Source: Leptolyngbyaceae cyanobacterium (GTDB lineage Bacteria; Cyanobacteriota; Cyanobacteriia; Phormidesmidales; Phormidesmidaceae). Taken from it: a DNA stretch of 58,504 bases. Below the pieces are notes generated by a model that was given only the letters and a program-made list of their open reading frames with translations, did not search any database and was not told the origin of the DNA. The translations under genes were made by a program, and so were the position numbers. Shown here piece after piece: positions 9,365 to 18,047 of the stretch (its first letter is position 1; each line of letters begins with the position of its first letter). The stretch lies in NCBI GenBank assembly GCA_965263355.1, contig CBDHHL010000018.1, forward strand, positions 1-58,504, written 5' to 3'.

Positions 9365-10530
9365 GCCTCTAACTCCCTTCTTTTAGCTTCATTGGCTGCT
9401 TTTTCGGCTTTATATCTTTCATACGCTGAGGCTTGGGGGGTAGAGCCTTTTTGTTGACGCTTCTGGTACTGGATGTGGGCCTCCTGCAGCTCCAAGTCAG
9501 TCATGCCACTGTCAAGCATCTTGTCGGGATTAAGCCCCTTAGTCGAGAGCATCTCAGCCCACTTGATGTACATACTGTTGCGAAACGTTGACTCGAAGCA
9601 TCCCCCCTGATAGCAATCGCCATCTTTTGTCCCACTCCACCAAGGATCAAGCCTAGCCATTGAAAGACCTCGGATCATGCGATCAATAACCAAGTCCCAA
9701 TCACCGTCAGCAACCTTTAGCGCCTTTCGGAGCATGGTCTCTCTTTCTTCGCCAATATTTTCAGCAACCGCCCAAAGGTTAGGTTTTCGTTCGTTGTAAA
9801 TATGGCGGGCTTGCTGTTTCTGATGAACAGTAACTTCAGGCAGTTCTCGCTTTTTTGATTTTTTGCGCTTGCCGGAGCTTTTACTTTTTTGCTGACTATC
9901 AGAACCTTTAGGCTCTTCGCTTTGCTGATCAGAGATAACTGGCTGTTCGGGTTGCTGACTCGGCTCACCTCTCAAAACCGTCTGAGAAGAAGAGTCCCCT
10001 TGGGGGACTATAGGGGGATCTTGATCATTGGATAGTTCTTCTAAGTAGTTCTTACTGGATAGATCCCCGGAAACTGTTTCCGGTAGGGTTTGTCGTGATT
10101 TTCCGGTAGGACTGTCGTGATTTTCCGGTAGGACTGTCGTGATTTTCCGGTGGAACGATTTTCCAGTGGAAACTGTTTCCGGTAGGACCGTGTCACTAAC
10201 TTTCACCACCCGCCTACCGGAAACAGTTTCCGGTAGGCTTTGTTTTTTGTCGGCTATGGAGTCAAACAAAATGCTAAACCTATCGGACGTTCTGAAGCCC
10301 TGGTTATTGAATCGCCTATGCCGCTGGATTATGGATTTTGCTTCCAATTGCTTGCATAAATTTCTGATTGTGCGGTCTGTGAAGCTACACATTCTGGCTA
10401 ACAGCTCTTGCCCTGGCCAGCATTCGCCGTTAGCGTCAACGAAGCTATTAAGCGACAAAAGCAAAAGCTTTTCGTTGCCCGTAAGGTTTGACTCCCAAAT
10501 TATTTGCTCTCGTTGGTAGTGCTTCAGCAT
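9358..10530 (-). CDS. Phage replication initiator (N-terminal HTH, O-like)
   Basis: L.GNEKLLLL.L..F.D..GECWPGQ..LA...RTI....KQLE HTH_36-type motif; internal iterons; low-complexity linker. Confidence 0.85.
   Translation of the reverse strand: MLKHYQREQIIWESNLTGNEKLLLLSLNSFVDANGECWPGQELLARMCSFTDRTIRNLCKQLEAKSIIQRHRRFNNQGFRTSDRFSILFDSIADKKQSLPETVSGRRVVKVSDTVLPETVSTGKSFHRKITTVLPENHDSPTGKSRQTLPETVSGDLSSKNYLEELSNDQDPPIVPQGDSSSQTVLRGEPSQQPEQPVISDQQSEEPKGSDSQQKSKSSGKRKKSKKRELPEVTVHQKQQARHIYNERKPNLWAVAENIGEERETMLRKALKVADGDWDLVIDRMIRGLSMARLDPWWSGTKDGDCYQGGCFESTFRNSMYIKWAEMLSTKGLNPDKMLDSGMTDLELQEAHIQYQKRQQKGSTPQASAYERYKAEKAANEAKRRELEAC
10067..10237. repeat. Iteron cluster / putative replication origin
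   Basis: 22-bp unit TGTCGTGATTTTCCGGTAGGAC (10091, 10113, partial 10135) plus GGAAAC(T/A)GTTTCC palindromes at ~10067, ~10168 and ~10217 inside the initiator gene. Confidence 0.8.
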
Positions 10531-10653
10531 TAGAGGGCATTCCCGGGCACAAAAACCCGCCCCCCGCTCTCGGTGGTTCTCAACATGTTCGTTTTTCAGG
10601 AATGGGTAACTAATCTAGATGCACCAAGGAATAAGGAATAACGCTCACCACGG

Positions 10654-10947
10654 CTACGGGCTTGCTCTCTCCCGTAAACCTCGCGCCACCCGCTTCAATG
10701 CCCAGTAGACATAAGCGACGGCTTGAGGATGACTAAGCCTGCTTGAGTGATACGCTGGCAGTGTTTGGGTGTCGAATAATTCCAGCCAGTTATCTTTGTA
10801 AGTAACGCCGCTAATGGTTTTCCCAGGGAGGAAGATCTTGAGCCGCTCTCGGTGGTTCTCGTACCATGAGACAGCCTTTTGAATATCTCCGTCTGTGATC
10901 ACCTTTAGTTTTAGTTCTTCGTCGCAGGTAGTGGGTGGGTGGTTCAT
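10654..10947 (-). CDS. Hypothetical protein
   Basis: Coupled ORF in the leftward operon. Confidence 0.6.
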   Translation of the reverse strand: MNHPPTTCDEELKLKVITDGDIQKAVSWYENHRERLKIFLPGKTISGVTYKDNWLELFDTQTLPAYHSSRLSHPQAVAYVYWALKRVARGLRERASP

Positions 10948-11174
10948 GCGGCTTTACCTCCGCTAGCTCTTTGAGATTTTGAGTCGATATAGTCGGCCAC
11001 CTCAATGCAAGCTGCTGCAATCTCTCTAAGGTCATTTGCTGAGAGGTAGCTGCCATAAGTACAGGCGTCTTCGCTGTCCCAGACTTGGCCTTTAACAGCC
11101 CGCCCATCGCTAGTGAGGCAAAAGTCACCGTATTCTTGCATCACTTTTTCTGTTTGCTGTGAAAAGCTTTTCAC
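10944..11174 (-). CDS. Hypothetical protein
   Basis: Coupled ORF. Confidence 0.55.
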   Translation of the reverse strand: MKSFSQQTEKVMQEYGDFCLTSDGRAVKGQVWDSEDACTYGSYLSANDLREIAAACIEVADYIDSKSQRASGGKAA

Positions 11175-11584
11175 GCTACTTTCCTCCCCGCACTCTCAGT
11201 TATCCGCTCTCTCACTACAGTGCAAAACCCCTCAATTGTCAGACTTGCGGCGTACTGCAGCTCATAACAATCCCAGGCAAAGCTAGGGCTGATTAACTCC
11301 AGTGGTGTCACAAACACCCATTGCTGTCGGTCAATCCGGTAGGCCAGCACAGGGACCTTTTTGGAATCAAAAGCTTGCTTTACCGCTTGCTCCCACCATC
11401 CCTTTAACTCAGGTTTCTTGGCTCGCTTAATCTCTAGGGCAATACCAGAGATACCCATGCAGTCAGCACCACCATTCCGGGTTTGCTGAAGGTTGCGGCT
11501 TAGATCTATGCCAAGCCGTTCTTGGAGTAGTGAAAGGCATTCCCTTTCACCAGAGGCCCCCTTGTTTCGCTGCATCTTACCCAT
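11171..11584 (-). CDS. PD-(D/E)XK nuclease, Holliday-junction-resolvase-like
   Basis: RNKGASGERE...GGAD....IALEIKR...WWEQA..QA motif. Confidence 0.8.
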   Translation of the reverse strand: MGKMQRNKGASGERECLSLLQERLGIDLSRNLQQTRNGGADCMGISGIALEIKRAKKPELKGWWEQAVKQAFDSKKVPVLAYRIDRQQWVFVTPLELISPSFAWDCYELQYAASLTIEGFCTVVRERITESAGRKVA

Positions 11585-12000
11585 CACTCCACCCCCACAA
11601 CTGTGCTGATCATCTCCAGCCATTCTTTGTTTTCTAGAAACCTGTCCCACGGTGTTGGATACTCAGGCAGATCAGCGGGAGTGCCTAACGTGTCAAACAA
11701 AGGGTTGACCGCTAAAATCCTAAAGGCTTCAAAATCCTTGGGCTCGTCCAGCTTCTCTTGGACCATTCGCCACCAATCTACAGCGGCTTCACGGCAGTCA
11801 ACCCATCCGTAGTAAACGTGTTTTATGTCACAAGAGGGTGACAGCCTTATACGCAAGGCGGCTTTAAGTGCGTATACTACAGACGTATCTTCTTGAGGTG
11901 CTATCATGGGCAATAAATATTGTGTGACTACAGCCCTAGCCGATGTGCAGGGCTGTTTTTGTTTATGCGGCAGTAACACTCTCTGCTTCTGCGGCTTCAA
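11584..12000 (-). CDS. Hypothetical protein (start likely 11907)
   Basis: ORF in the leftward operon. Confidence 0.55.
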   Translation of the reverse strand: MKPQKQRVLLPHKQKQPCTSARAVVTQYLLPMIAPQEDTSVVYALKAALRIRLSPSCDIKHVYYGWVDCREAAVDWWRMVQEKLDEPKDFEAFRILAVNPLFDTLGTPADLPEYPTPWDRFLENKEWLEMISTVVGVE

Positions 12001-12151
12001 TCCCAGCGCTTAGCAGGCGGTTAACAGCAGCCTGATCTGACTCTGTTTTCTCCGCCAACTGCTGAGCACGTTCTAAAAGATCCACAAACACGCGGATCGT
12101 CCTCAGCTCCTGATTATTTCGTTTCCTGATTCGTCGCTTTGCGTATTTCAT
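11963..12151 (-). CDS. Cro-position small ribbon-helix-helix-like regulator
   Basis: RTIRVFVDLLERA...AVNRLLSAGI pattern; divergent from the repressor. Confidence 0.6.
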   Translation of the reverse strand: MKYAKRRIRKRNNQELRTIRVFVDLLERAQQLAEKTESDQAAVNRLLSAGIEAAEAESVTAA

Positions 12152-12230
12152 TAGTTAACTCGCAGTTAGCTACAAGTTGCGTATACATAATGTACACGAT
12201 TTCAAGTTAACTTGCAACCAACTGGTAGGT
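12152..12230. promoter_or_regulatory. Divergent promoter/operator region between Cro-like and repressor genes
   Basis: Contains TAGCTAC, CAAGTTGC, ACTTGCAA, GTATAC and TGTACA elements that recur at 14435-14495. Confidence 0.55.
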
Positions 12231-12912
12231 GAAAATGATAAGTTCTGTGACTGTAAAGTCAAAGTCAGTGAGCGATATGAACAAGCAAGCCCTAAGTGAT
12301 TGGGTTAAAGGGAAGCTTGAAGAGGGGTACACCCTCCGTGGGCTAGCTTCAGATCTTGGGTTTGCGGATACCTCAGTTGCTGCTTGGTTAGACCAAAAAA
12401 TCAAAAGGACACTAAAACCCCGCGCTGTGGAAGCTATCGCACGGCACGACGATGCACCCATAGCAGATACGTACAAATGGCTAGGCATACCTATGCCCTC
12501 AGATGCCTCTGTAGGGTCTGAAGTAGAACAGCTGCGGCTTTCTGTGACTCGTCTAGAGCAGCAGCTAGCAGCCTTGTCTGATGTGGTTTATAGCCGAGGC
12601 TTTAGACCTAGTAAGTTCGCATTGTGGGTACAGGATCAGCTGCATCAGGGTGGCTATGACTTGTGCCGAGATGACCTAGCTTATAAAGCATTCCTCAGGG
12701 AAGCTGAAGCAGCTATGGAGGGAAATAAAATAAGAACACGTAGAGCCATAGGTCAGATCATGGGAGCGATCGCCATGGAAAAGCAAATTGACTTCACAAA
12801 CCTGGCTTTAATAATGCGTCGTACACTGGGCAATCCAAATCTAACTACCGGCTATCTGCAAGACCAAGAAGCCGTTCTCAACTCAAATTCTAGGGACGCC
12901 ACGACCATTTAA
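12229..12912 (+). CDS. CI-like XRE-family HTH repressor (start probably 12277)
   Basis: GYTLRGLASDLGFADTSVAAWL helix-turn-helix followed by a coiled coil; divergent arrangement. Confidence 0.7.
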   Translation: MKMISSVTVKSKSVSDMNKQALSDWVKGKLEEGYTLRGLASDLGFADTSVAAWLDQKIKRTLKPRAVEAIARHDDAPIADTYKWLGIPMPSDASVGSEVEQLRLSVTRLEQQLAALSDVVYSRGFRPSKFALWVQDQLHQGGYDLCRDDLAYKAFLREAEAAMEGNKIRTRRAIGQIMGAIAMEKQIDFTNLALIMRRTLGNPNLTTGYLQDQEAVLNSNSRDATTI

Positions 12913-13057
12913 CATCAGACTCACCTTTTAGATAGAGGTTGATCGGTCTGCTCGGCTTTGATGCCTCTATCTTGGCCGCTCTGTCGTTGATAGCCGACAC
13001 AGAATTAAGCACCTCACTCTTTGGCAGGGTGGGCACGGCTATTGCTCGTTTTTTCAT
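12890..13057 (-). CDS. Small hypothetical protein (55 aa, MKKRAIAVP...WSWRP)
   Basis: Manual translation; fills the gap divergent from the PAS gene. Confidence 0.35.
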   Translation of the reverse strand: MKKRAIAVPTLPKSEVLNSVSAINDRAAKIEASKPSRPINLYLKGESDVKWSWRP

Positions 13058-13141
13058 CTAATTACTGACTCATCTTCAGGGTTTTAACTGTTGCTTGATT
13101 GATTTGTTCGCTATATTTCAATATTGATTGGTTCATACGGC

Positions 13142-13178
13142 TTTTGGTCAATCAAAAGATTCTTTTGATTGACCAAAA
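13142..13178. promoter_or_regulatory. Perfect 18-1-18 inverted repeat, putative operator
   Basis: TTTTGGTCAATCAAAAGA-T-TCTTTTGATTGACCAAAA, 30 nt upstream of the PAS gene. Confidence 0.7.
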
Positions 13179-13208
13179 ACATAGTTAAAGCTGACGTAAA
13201 GTGACCCC

Positions 13209-13823
13209 ATGCCCCTACTGCAGAAATATATCAATGAACTAATACATTCGGCGGAAATTCCGGCCCACAGTATTGACAAAGAAGGGAAATTGCTAGCCGT
13301 TTCTTACGGGTGGTTAACTCTTTTAGGCTACACAAAAGATCAAGTGATTGGCCGTAAATCTACTGAGTTTCTGACTGAAGAATCCAAAAAGTTAGCCGCT
13401 AAAGTTTTACCTGAATATTACGAAACCGGGAAATGCCACGACATTCCTTATACCTTTGTCGATAGTGACGGACGTGGGGTGTCCGTGCTTTTGTCAGCGG
13501 ATAGCGTCTGGCGTGATGGCGAATTCCTTAGGTCAATCGCTGTGTTGAGACCTACCGATCCTCAAGCAGTGCGAGCCAGGGCCGACAAGATAACCGCATG
13601 GAAGCTTGGCCAGCAAACTGATGTGCAGGTGCTACTTGAAAACCTCGAAGTACTAGAACTCAACTGTGAGGTTACATTGAGATGCAAAAATGAAGCCTGG
13701 TTTACGTATGTCGTTTCGGCAGCTTCGTACTTTCAGGGAGTTGATGCAATTCGCTTGAAACTTGAAGGCTCTCAACGGGAAGTTTTAATAAACCTGGGCT
13801 TAGGGCAACGTCAAACCCCCTAG
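13209..13823 (+). CDS. PAS-domain sensor protein with small C-terminal domain
   Basis: HSIDKEGKLLAVS..WL.LLGY...VIGRKSTEFLTEES...TG....Y.FV..DG...VLLSA, a typical PAS/PAC S-box. Confidence 0.85.
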   Translation: MPLLQKYINELIHSAEIPAHSIDKEGKLLAVSYGWLTLLGYTKDQVIGRKSTEFLTEESKKLAAKVLPEYYETGKCHDIPYTFVDSDGRGVSVLLSADSVWRDGEFLRSIAVLRPTDPQAVRARADKITAWKLGQQTDVQVLLENLEVLELNCEVTLRCKNEAWFTYVVSAASYFQGVDAIRLKLEGSQREVLINLGLGQRQTP

Positions 13824-14367
13824 CCCAGGACACTAGCCAATCACACTCCTCTTCGGTCGCAACTGCCCCTAGTCGGATTTCGTTTAAACGGATTTCAGTT
13901 AGGGGCGTAGTCTTGTATAGCTTTTCGTAAGCGCCTGGGTGTTCCTGCTCTACTGCATCTAATAGCGTGCCAGCCGACGCCACAGTGGGAAGCAATAGCG
14001 ATCTCAACCTGGCTACAGCTTCGATATCAGCAATATCCACCAAGCCCAATAAGTGCATCCGCATCAGAGACAGGGCGAACCGTGGGTCAGGATCTAGCCC
14101 TAACCCTATAGCTACTCTGGCAATCTTCCGGCTACTCCAATGCTTCTGGCTCTTAGGTGGATTCTGCATTGTATAGAGCTGGGATTCTGTTAGGGCCTCC
14201 AGTCCCTGCGCTGCTAGTCGCGTGTTTGCAGCTGATAGCCAAGCCCCAGCACTGCCAGCTCTATCTATAGATTTCTTTATAAGTGCAGCCAGCCTAGGGG
14301 CCTCACTTTCAATAAATAAGCTCTGTAGTAAATCCATATATAAAAATATTCTCTCCCTCAAATTCAT
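13702..14367 (-). CDS. Putative second HTH-type regulator
   Basis: Helical protein with ...LTESQLYTMQNP...KIARVA.GLG pattern, in the immunity region. Confidence 0.45.
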   Translation of the reverse strand: MNLRERIFLYMDLLQSLFIESEAPRLAALIKKSIDRAGSAGAWLSAANTRLAAQGLEALTESQLYTMQNPPKSQKHWSSRKIARVAIGLGLDPDPRFALSLMRMHLLGLVDIADIEAVARLRSLLLPTVASAGTLLDAVEQEHPGAYEKLYKTTPLTEIRLNEIRLGAVATEEECDWLVSWARGFDVALSPGLLKLPVESLQVSSELHQLPESTKLPKRHT

Positions 14368-14429
14368 CAGAGAAAGGAGCAGAACCCCTTGATTCCAAGG
14401 GACCTACACACAATCTTTATCAAAATTCA

Positions 14430-14500
14430 CTACTTTTCAAGTGCTAGCTACTTGCAAGTTGCCTTGTGATTGTGTACAGTGTGTATACAAGTCACACAGC
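14430..14500. promoter_or_regulatory. Second operator/promoter region (PL-like)
   Basis: TAGCTACTTGCAAGTTGC, TGTACA, GTATAC; shares elements with 12152-12230. Confidence 0.5.
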
Positions 14501-14513
14501 ACTTAAATCTTTT

Positions 14514-14894
14514 ATGACTAATTCAACCGCAACCGCTACAGCGGAATTGATTGCACCGCTGGGAGTAAGCACAAGCTGCCCATTGCCTTATTCTGTCAAC
14601 CAAGGTGAACCCGTGTTCATCACAGAAGGGGCGATGCGTGCTCTTTCTGTTGATGTGTACTTTCTGACGCTGCATCGTCCTAGCGATGATCGGAACAACC
14701 CTGAGGGTGCCTGGCAGGATGAATGGAAGGTGACGCTGAAGATTGAGCGCAAATCACAGCCCGCATTTGGCCGAATTGTCCAATGGTTAGAAGAGAATCT
14801 ATCAGGTTGGACGCTCCATGAGTGGGAGTATGACGATCCCACTCGCCCATACAACGGTGTTGTTGGGTTGATGACCATGCGTAGCGTGGCTTAA
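14514..14894 (+). CDS. Hypothetical protein, first gene of the rightward early operon
   Basis: ORF (ATG 14514 within track ORF 14466-14894). Confidence 0.6.
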   Translation: MTNSTATATAELIAPLGVSTSCPLPYSVNQGEPVFITEGAMRALSVDVYFLTLHRPSDDRNNPEGAWQDEWKVTLKIERKSQPAFGRIVQWLEENLSGWTLHEWEYDDPTRPYNGVVGLMTMRSVA

Positions 14895-15054
14895 CCATGG
14901 AGTCAGCAGTATTCACGGTCAAGGCTAGGCAGGGGGTAGAGCTAACAATTACGGCTCCCTCTGGGACTAGCAAAAGAGATGTAGCTAGGGTGCTAAGTCA
15001 TCGAACTGAGTTAAAGCAGGTAGAAGTAGAAGTTAATTCTAAGGAGTCCTGAAT

Positions 15055-16416
15055 ATGCCAATTGCAGGCGTTACGGATAAATTAAGCACCCGCACGGAGA
15101 CCAACCGATTGGGGTCATGCTGGAAGGGTGAGAAAAAACAGAAGAATCGTGCTGGCAAGGATCTAATTGATAGATTCCGTCTTGAGTTACCCCATCCATA
15201 CGATTCAGCGATCCAGGCGGCTTATGGTTCAAATATGCCAAAAGAGGTCAGAGTTTTCTTCCCTCATCACACTACTGATGAAGTGTTCGAGAGCTGGAAT
15301 GATGCATTTACCGCCAAGGGTTTAGCTCACCGTTGCAATGGTGAGAATATTGTTCGAGAGGTGGGTTTGGTCAACTCATACCGTGGTGGGAAGAAATACA
15401 AAAAGCGTTCTGCTGAGAATGTTTCTAAACCATGCCTTAAGCAGCCTGGTGAGGCTATCTGCAGTAAGTGTGTGAGCACTGGCTATCTGAAGTTTGTAGT
15501 CCGAGAGTTATTCCCCTATGCGGGCATGTCTCAGGTGATTGTGCAGTCGCTGACAGGTATTACTGATGTTATCGGTGTGACCAAGCAATTGCGGGCACTA
15601 GAAGAAAGATACGGCAGCCTTCGACAATCGCCCGTGCCATCACCTTCAACATGGAACCACATCCCATTTGTCTTGAAGCGTGTTCCTCGTGAGATTTCAC
15701 GCCCAATGATGGACACCGATGGTGGATATTCAAAGACCACGGCTTACCCCATTGTCATCACTGAGGATCCTAAATGGCTCAAGTTCTGGCAAGAAGCCAC
15801 ACAGAAAGCCATGATTCTGGAAATGGTTCAGAGTGGCCAAGCTGGCCTATTGCAAGAAAGCGATCGCGCAATTCTTCAAGAGATGCAATCGCTAGAGCTA
15901 CCCATGGCAAAGGTTTCAGGGCAGTTGCCTGGTGTTGAGGTTGAACAAAAAGCAATCTCGGCAGCTGATGATCCAATTCTTCAAGAAATGGAGGTTTTAG
16001 AACAGAAAGCAATTGCTGCTGAGTCAACTGTTGATACGGCTGCGATCGCTGATGAAGATGCGGCGGCAGAGTACCGAGAAAGGCTACTGAGTAGAGCACC
16101 AAAAGAACGCTGTGGCGCTGTCAATGTCCACTTAAAGCTGGCTGTTGAAGAGCTAGACGATATCTGGGCACAGGTGGACCAGGGCAAGGAAGGCATTGAA
16201 CGGACTACGGACTTTATAGAGCTGATGCTATTGCATTATGCCGAGCAACACATGGTAAAACAGCGTGATGCTACGAAGCTGATTGTTCGATTGCAGGATG
16301 ACTTGGGGTTAGTAGATGAAGACTTAGCGGCAATGTTTGTCTCTGAGTTGCCTAACCATGTATCTCCAGCAGCGAAAGAGCAACCTACGACGTTTGAAGG
16401 GAAGGGAATTGATTAA
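15055..16416 (+). CDS. Phage recombination protein (phiC31 gp3/RDF-like family)
   Basis: KGEKK...GKDL.DRFR...YG..P..V.V.FP and CxxC motifs; upstream of an SSB-like gene. Confidence 0.6.
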   Translation: MPIAGVTDKLSTRTETNRLGSCWKGEKKQKNRAGKDLIDRFRLELPHPYDSAIQAAYGSNMPKEVRVFFPHHTTDEVFESWNDAFTAKGLAHRCNGENIVREVGLVNSYRGGKKYKKRSAENVSKPCLKQPGEAICSKCVSTGYLKFVVRELFPYAGMSQVIVQSLTGITDVIGVTKQLRALEERYGSLRQSPVPSPSTWNHIPFVLKRVPREISRPMMDTDGGYSKTTAYPIVITEDPKWLKFWQEATQKAMILEMVQSGQAGLLQESDRAILQEMQSLELPMAKVSGQLPGVEVEQKAISAADDPILQEMEVLEQKAIAAESTVDTAAIADEDAAAEYRERLLSRAPKERCGAVNVHLKLAVEELDDIWAQVDQGKEGIERTTDFIELMLLHYAEQHMVKQRDATKLIVRLQDDLGLVDEDLAAMFVSELPNHVSPAAKEQPTTFEGKGID

Positions 16417-16763
16417 TGAGTGAAACTAGCAAGTATGGCCCACAAGGGAAAATGGCTTTGTGGCGGGCAGATCCAGGCAAAAAGCAGGTATTTCAAGGAA
16501 ATATCGAGCTGTCCCCCGATTTGATTAAAGAGATAATCAATCGCTTTGATGGGGAGCCTATGAAGCTGAATCTGATTGGGTTTAAGAGTAGCTCTGATAA
16601 TCCAAAGGCCCCCGCTTATAGTGGCTTTGCTTCTCTGCCAACGTACACCGGGAATGAGTCAGCACCACAACAGCAATCAGCTGAGCAGTCAGCGGGTGGC
16701 ACCCCTGATTTTGATGAAATTCCATTTAACCGCTTTGGGGATGAACTGAATTGGGGGGCTTAA
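16416..16763 (+). CDS. Single-stranded DNA-binding-like protein
   Basis: NPKAP.YSG motif, Q/S-rich linker and acidic DFDEIPF tail. Confidence 0.65.
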   Translation: MSETSKYGPQGKMALWRADPGKKQVFQGNIELSPDLIKEIINRFDGEPMKLNLIGFKSSSDNPKAPAYSGFASLPTYTGNESAPQQQSAEQSAGGTPDFDEIPFNRFGDELNWGA

Positions 16764-16765
16764 CC

Positions 16766-16846
16766 ATGCTCTACACAATAGCCCTCGGTCTCGCCTTGGC
16801 AGCCTTCTGCCTTGGTGTGGTGTGGTTAGCGGCGACGAGTAAATGA
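16766..16846 (+). CDS. 26-aa single-TM micropeptide MLYTIALGLALAAFCLGVVWLAATSK
   Basis: Manual translation; starts 2 nt after the SSB stop. Confidence 0.55.
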   Translation: MLYTIALGLALAAFCLGVVWLAATSK

Positions 16847-16864
16847 TGTAACGGAGTGAATGAG

Positions 16865-16975
16865 ATGTTTGTTTTAATTGCAGCCTGCGCTTCCCCTCTG
16901 ATCGTCTTGGCATCCCTGGCTATCTTCTGGCCACGGATAGAAGCGGATAGCTTCAGTGAGAGAGAGCGGTGGTGA
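16865..16975 (+). CDS. 36-aa single-TM micropeptide MFVLIAACASPLIVLASLAIFWPRIEADSFSERERW
   Basis: Manual translation; GGAG RBS. Confidence 0.55.
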   Translation: MFVLIAACASPLIVLASLAIFWPRIEADSFSERERW

Positions 16976-17064
16976 GCCTAGCTGACTTGTTAGAAGTTGG
17001 CCGCTTGGTACTGGCGATTGCGTGCTGTGTTGCGGTCATGGTGATTATTGAAGTAACGGAGTAG
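16972..17064 (+). CDS. 30-aa single-TM micropeptide MSLADLLEVGRLVLAIACCVAVMVIIEVTE
   Basis: GTGA overlap with the preceding stop. Confidence 0.5.
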   Translation: MSLADLLEVGRLVLAIACCVAVMVIIEVTE

Positions 17065-17069
17065 AGAAG

Positions 17070-17324
17070 ATGTTCAAAAACAAGGGAATCCCACTAAGCA
17101 AACCAAAACTTGAATGGGTGCTAGGTATTCCTAAAAAAAGTATTCCAGATTGGCCAGTTAAATGTTCGGGTTGGGTGCCAAAGAGTAGGCTTTTGGTGTT
17201 GCAAGATTGGCCTATTGAATTGTGGGACCCTGAGAATTTGCCATACTGCATCCCTGGGAAGTTGGTCTCTAAAAGAAAAGCTCGACGCGAGCGAGGCCGA
17301 CGCAGACAAAAGTCACAACGCTAA
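17070..17324 (+). CDS. Hypothetical basic protein
   Basis: ORF with GGAG RBS. Confidence 0.55.
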   Translation: MFKNKGIPLSKPKLEWVLGIPKKSIPDWPVKCSGWVPKSRLLVLQDWPIELWDPENLPYCIPGKLVSKRKARRERGRRRQKSQR

Positions 17325-17330
17325 CAAACG

Positions 17331-17390
17331 ACCCCATCCAGTGAAGCCGCAATAAACCAGCGGTAGGCCGTGCAACTCGGCACTGGGGTA
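17331..17390 (+). ncRNA. Candidate structured RNA element (3-way junction with T-loop-like hairpin)
   Basis: CCAGT/ACTGG closing stem, CCGC/GCGG hairpin, GCCG-TGCAACT-CGGC hairpin. Confidence 0.4.
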
Positions 17391-17535
17391 TCAGGGTGTA
17401 TCCCTGTAGTTTAGAAGAAAATAAACCAACTATGAGAAGACCACAACAACGCCCAGAGGTTAAACGCCTCTTGGGTCAGCTTAAGCGTACCGATGGAGTG
17501 CAGTTGCCACGAATCATCGTTAAGAGGGATAAGCC

Positions 17536-17757
17536 ATGTTAGATGCTTATTCAATTGCACTAACTAACGCGGTCAGACGGGTTAGCCTAGATGTCGCTGC
17601 TGGAGATAGTGATTCTAAATTATTGCAAGAAAGCCTGTCTTTGGAAATTGGCAGACAAGAAAGATTGACCAAGATAAAAGACAAGCGGGTGCAACTAGAA
17701 CTACCTGACACATTAGAAGGAAGAACTAAAGCGCTGGAGAATCTAGACAATGGATGA
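17536..17757 (+). CDS. Hypothetical protein
   Basis: ORF in the rightward operon. Confidence 0.55.
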   Translation: MLDAYSIALTNAVRRVSLDVAAGDSDSKLLQESLSLEIGRQERLTKIKDKRVQLELPDTLEGRTKALENLDNG

Positions 17758-17852
17758 AAAACTAGCAGCTGCGTTGGCTCGGTCTGTCCCTGGCAGAAAA
17801 GTGGTCAAGGTGCAAATCCCAAGACAATTTACACCCGCCGTGCAAGAAGCAC

Positions 17853-18047
17853 ATGAAAACGTCACTCAACAAACTTATGGAAACCCCACCAGCAAAAATC
17901 CCTGACATGAGGATAGAACGACGCAAGCGGCAAATCATTTATAGCCTCGTCGGTCGAAATAGGGTGTGCCCAGTTAAAGCCGCACATTTTGCAGATAAAA
18001 GAATCAGAGAAGAGGAAGAGAGCGTTACTAACGATGAAAACAGTTGA
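17853..18047 (+). CDS. Hypothetical protein
   Basis: ORF in the rightward operon. Confidence 0.5.
   Translation: MKTSLNKLMETPPAKIPDMRIERRKRQIIYSLVGRNRVCPVKAAHFADKRIREEEESVTNDENS

Noticed and set aside
10067..10237. CRISPR mini-array
   Set aside because: Repeats abut without unique spacers and lie in frame in the initiator gene; they are iterons. No cas genes seen
13142..13178. Protelomerase (telRL) site
   Set aside because: Odd-length palindrome and no recognisable protelomerase; the tyrosine recombinase looks like an ordinary integrase
17331..17390. tRNA gene
   Set aside because: Too short, no anticodon arm, no CCA; kept only as a structured-element candidate
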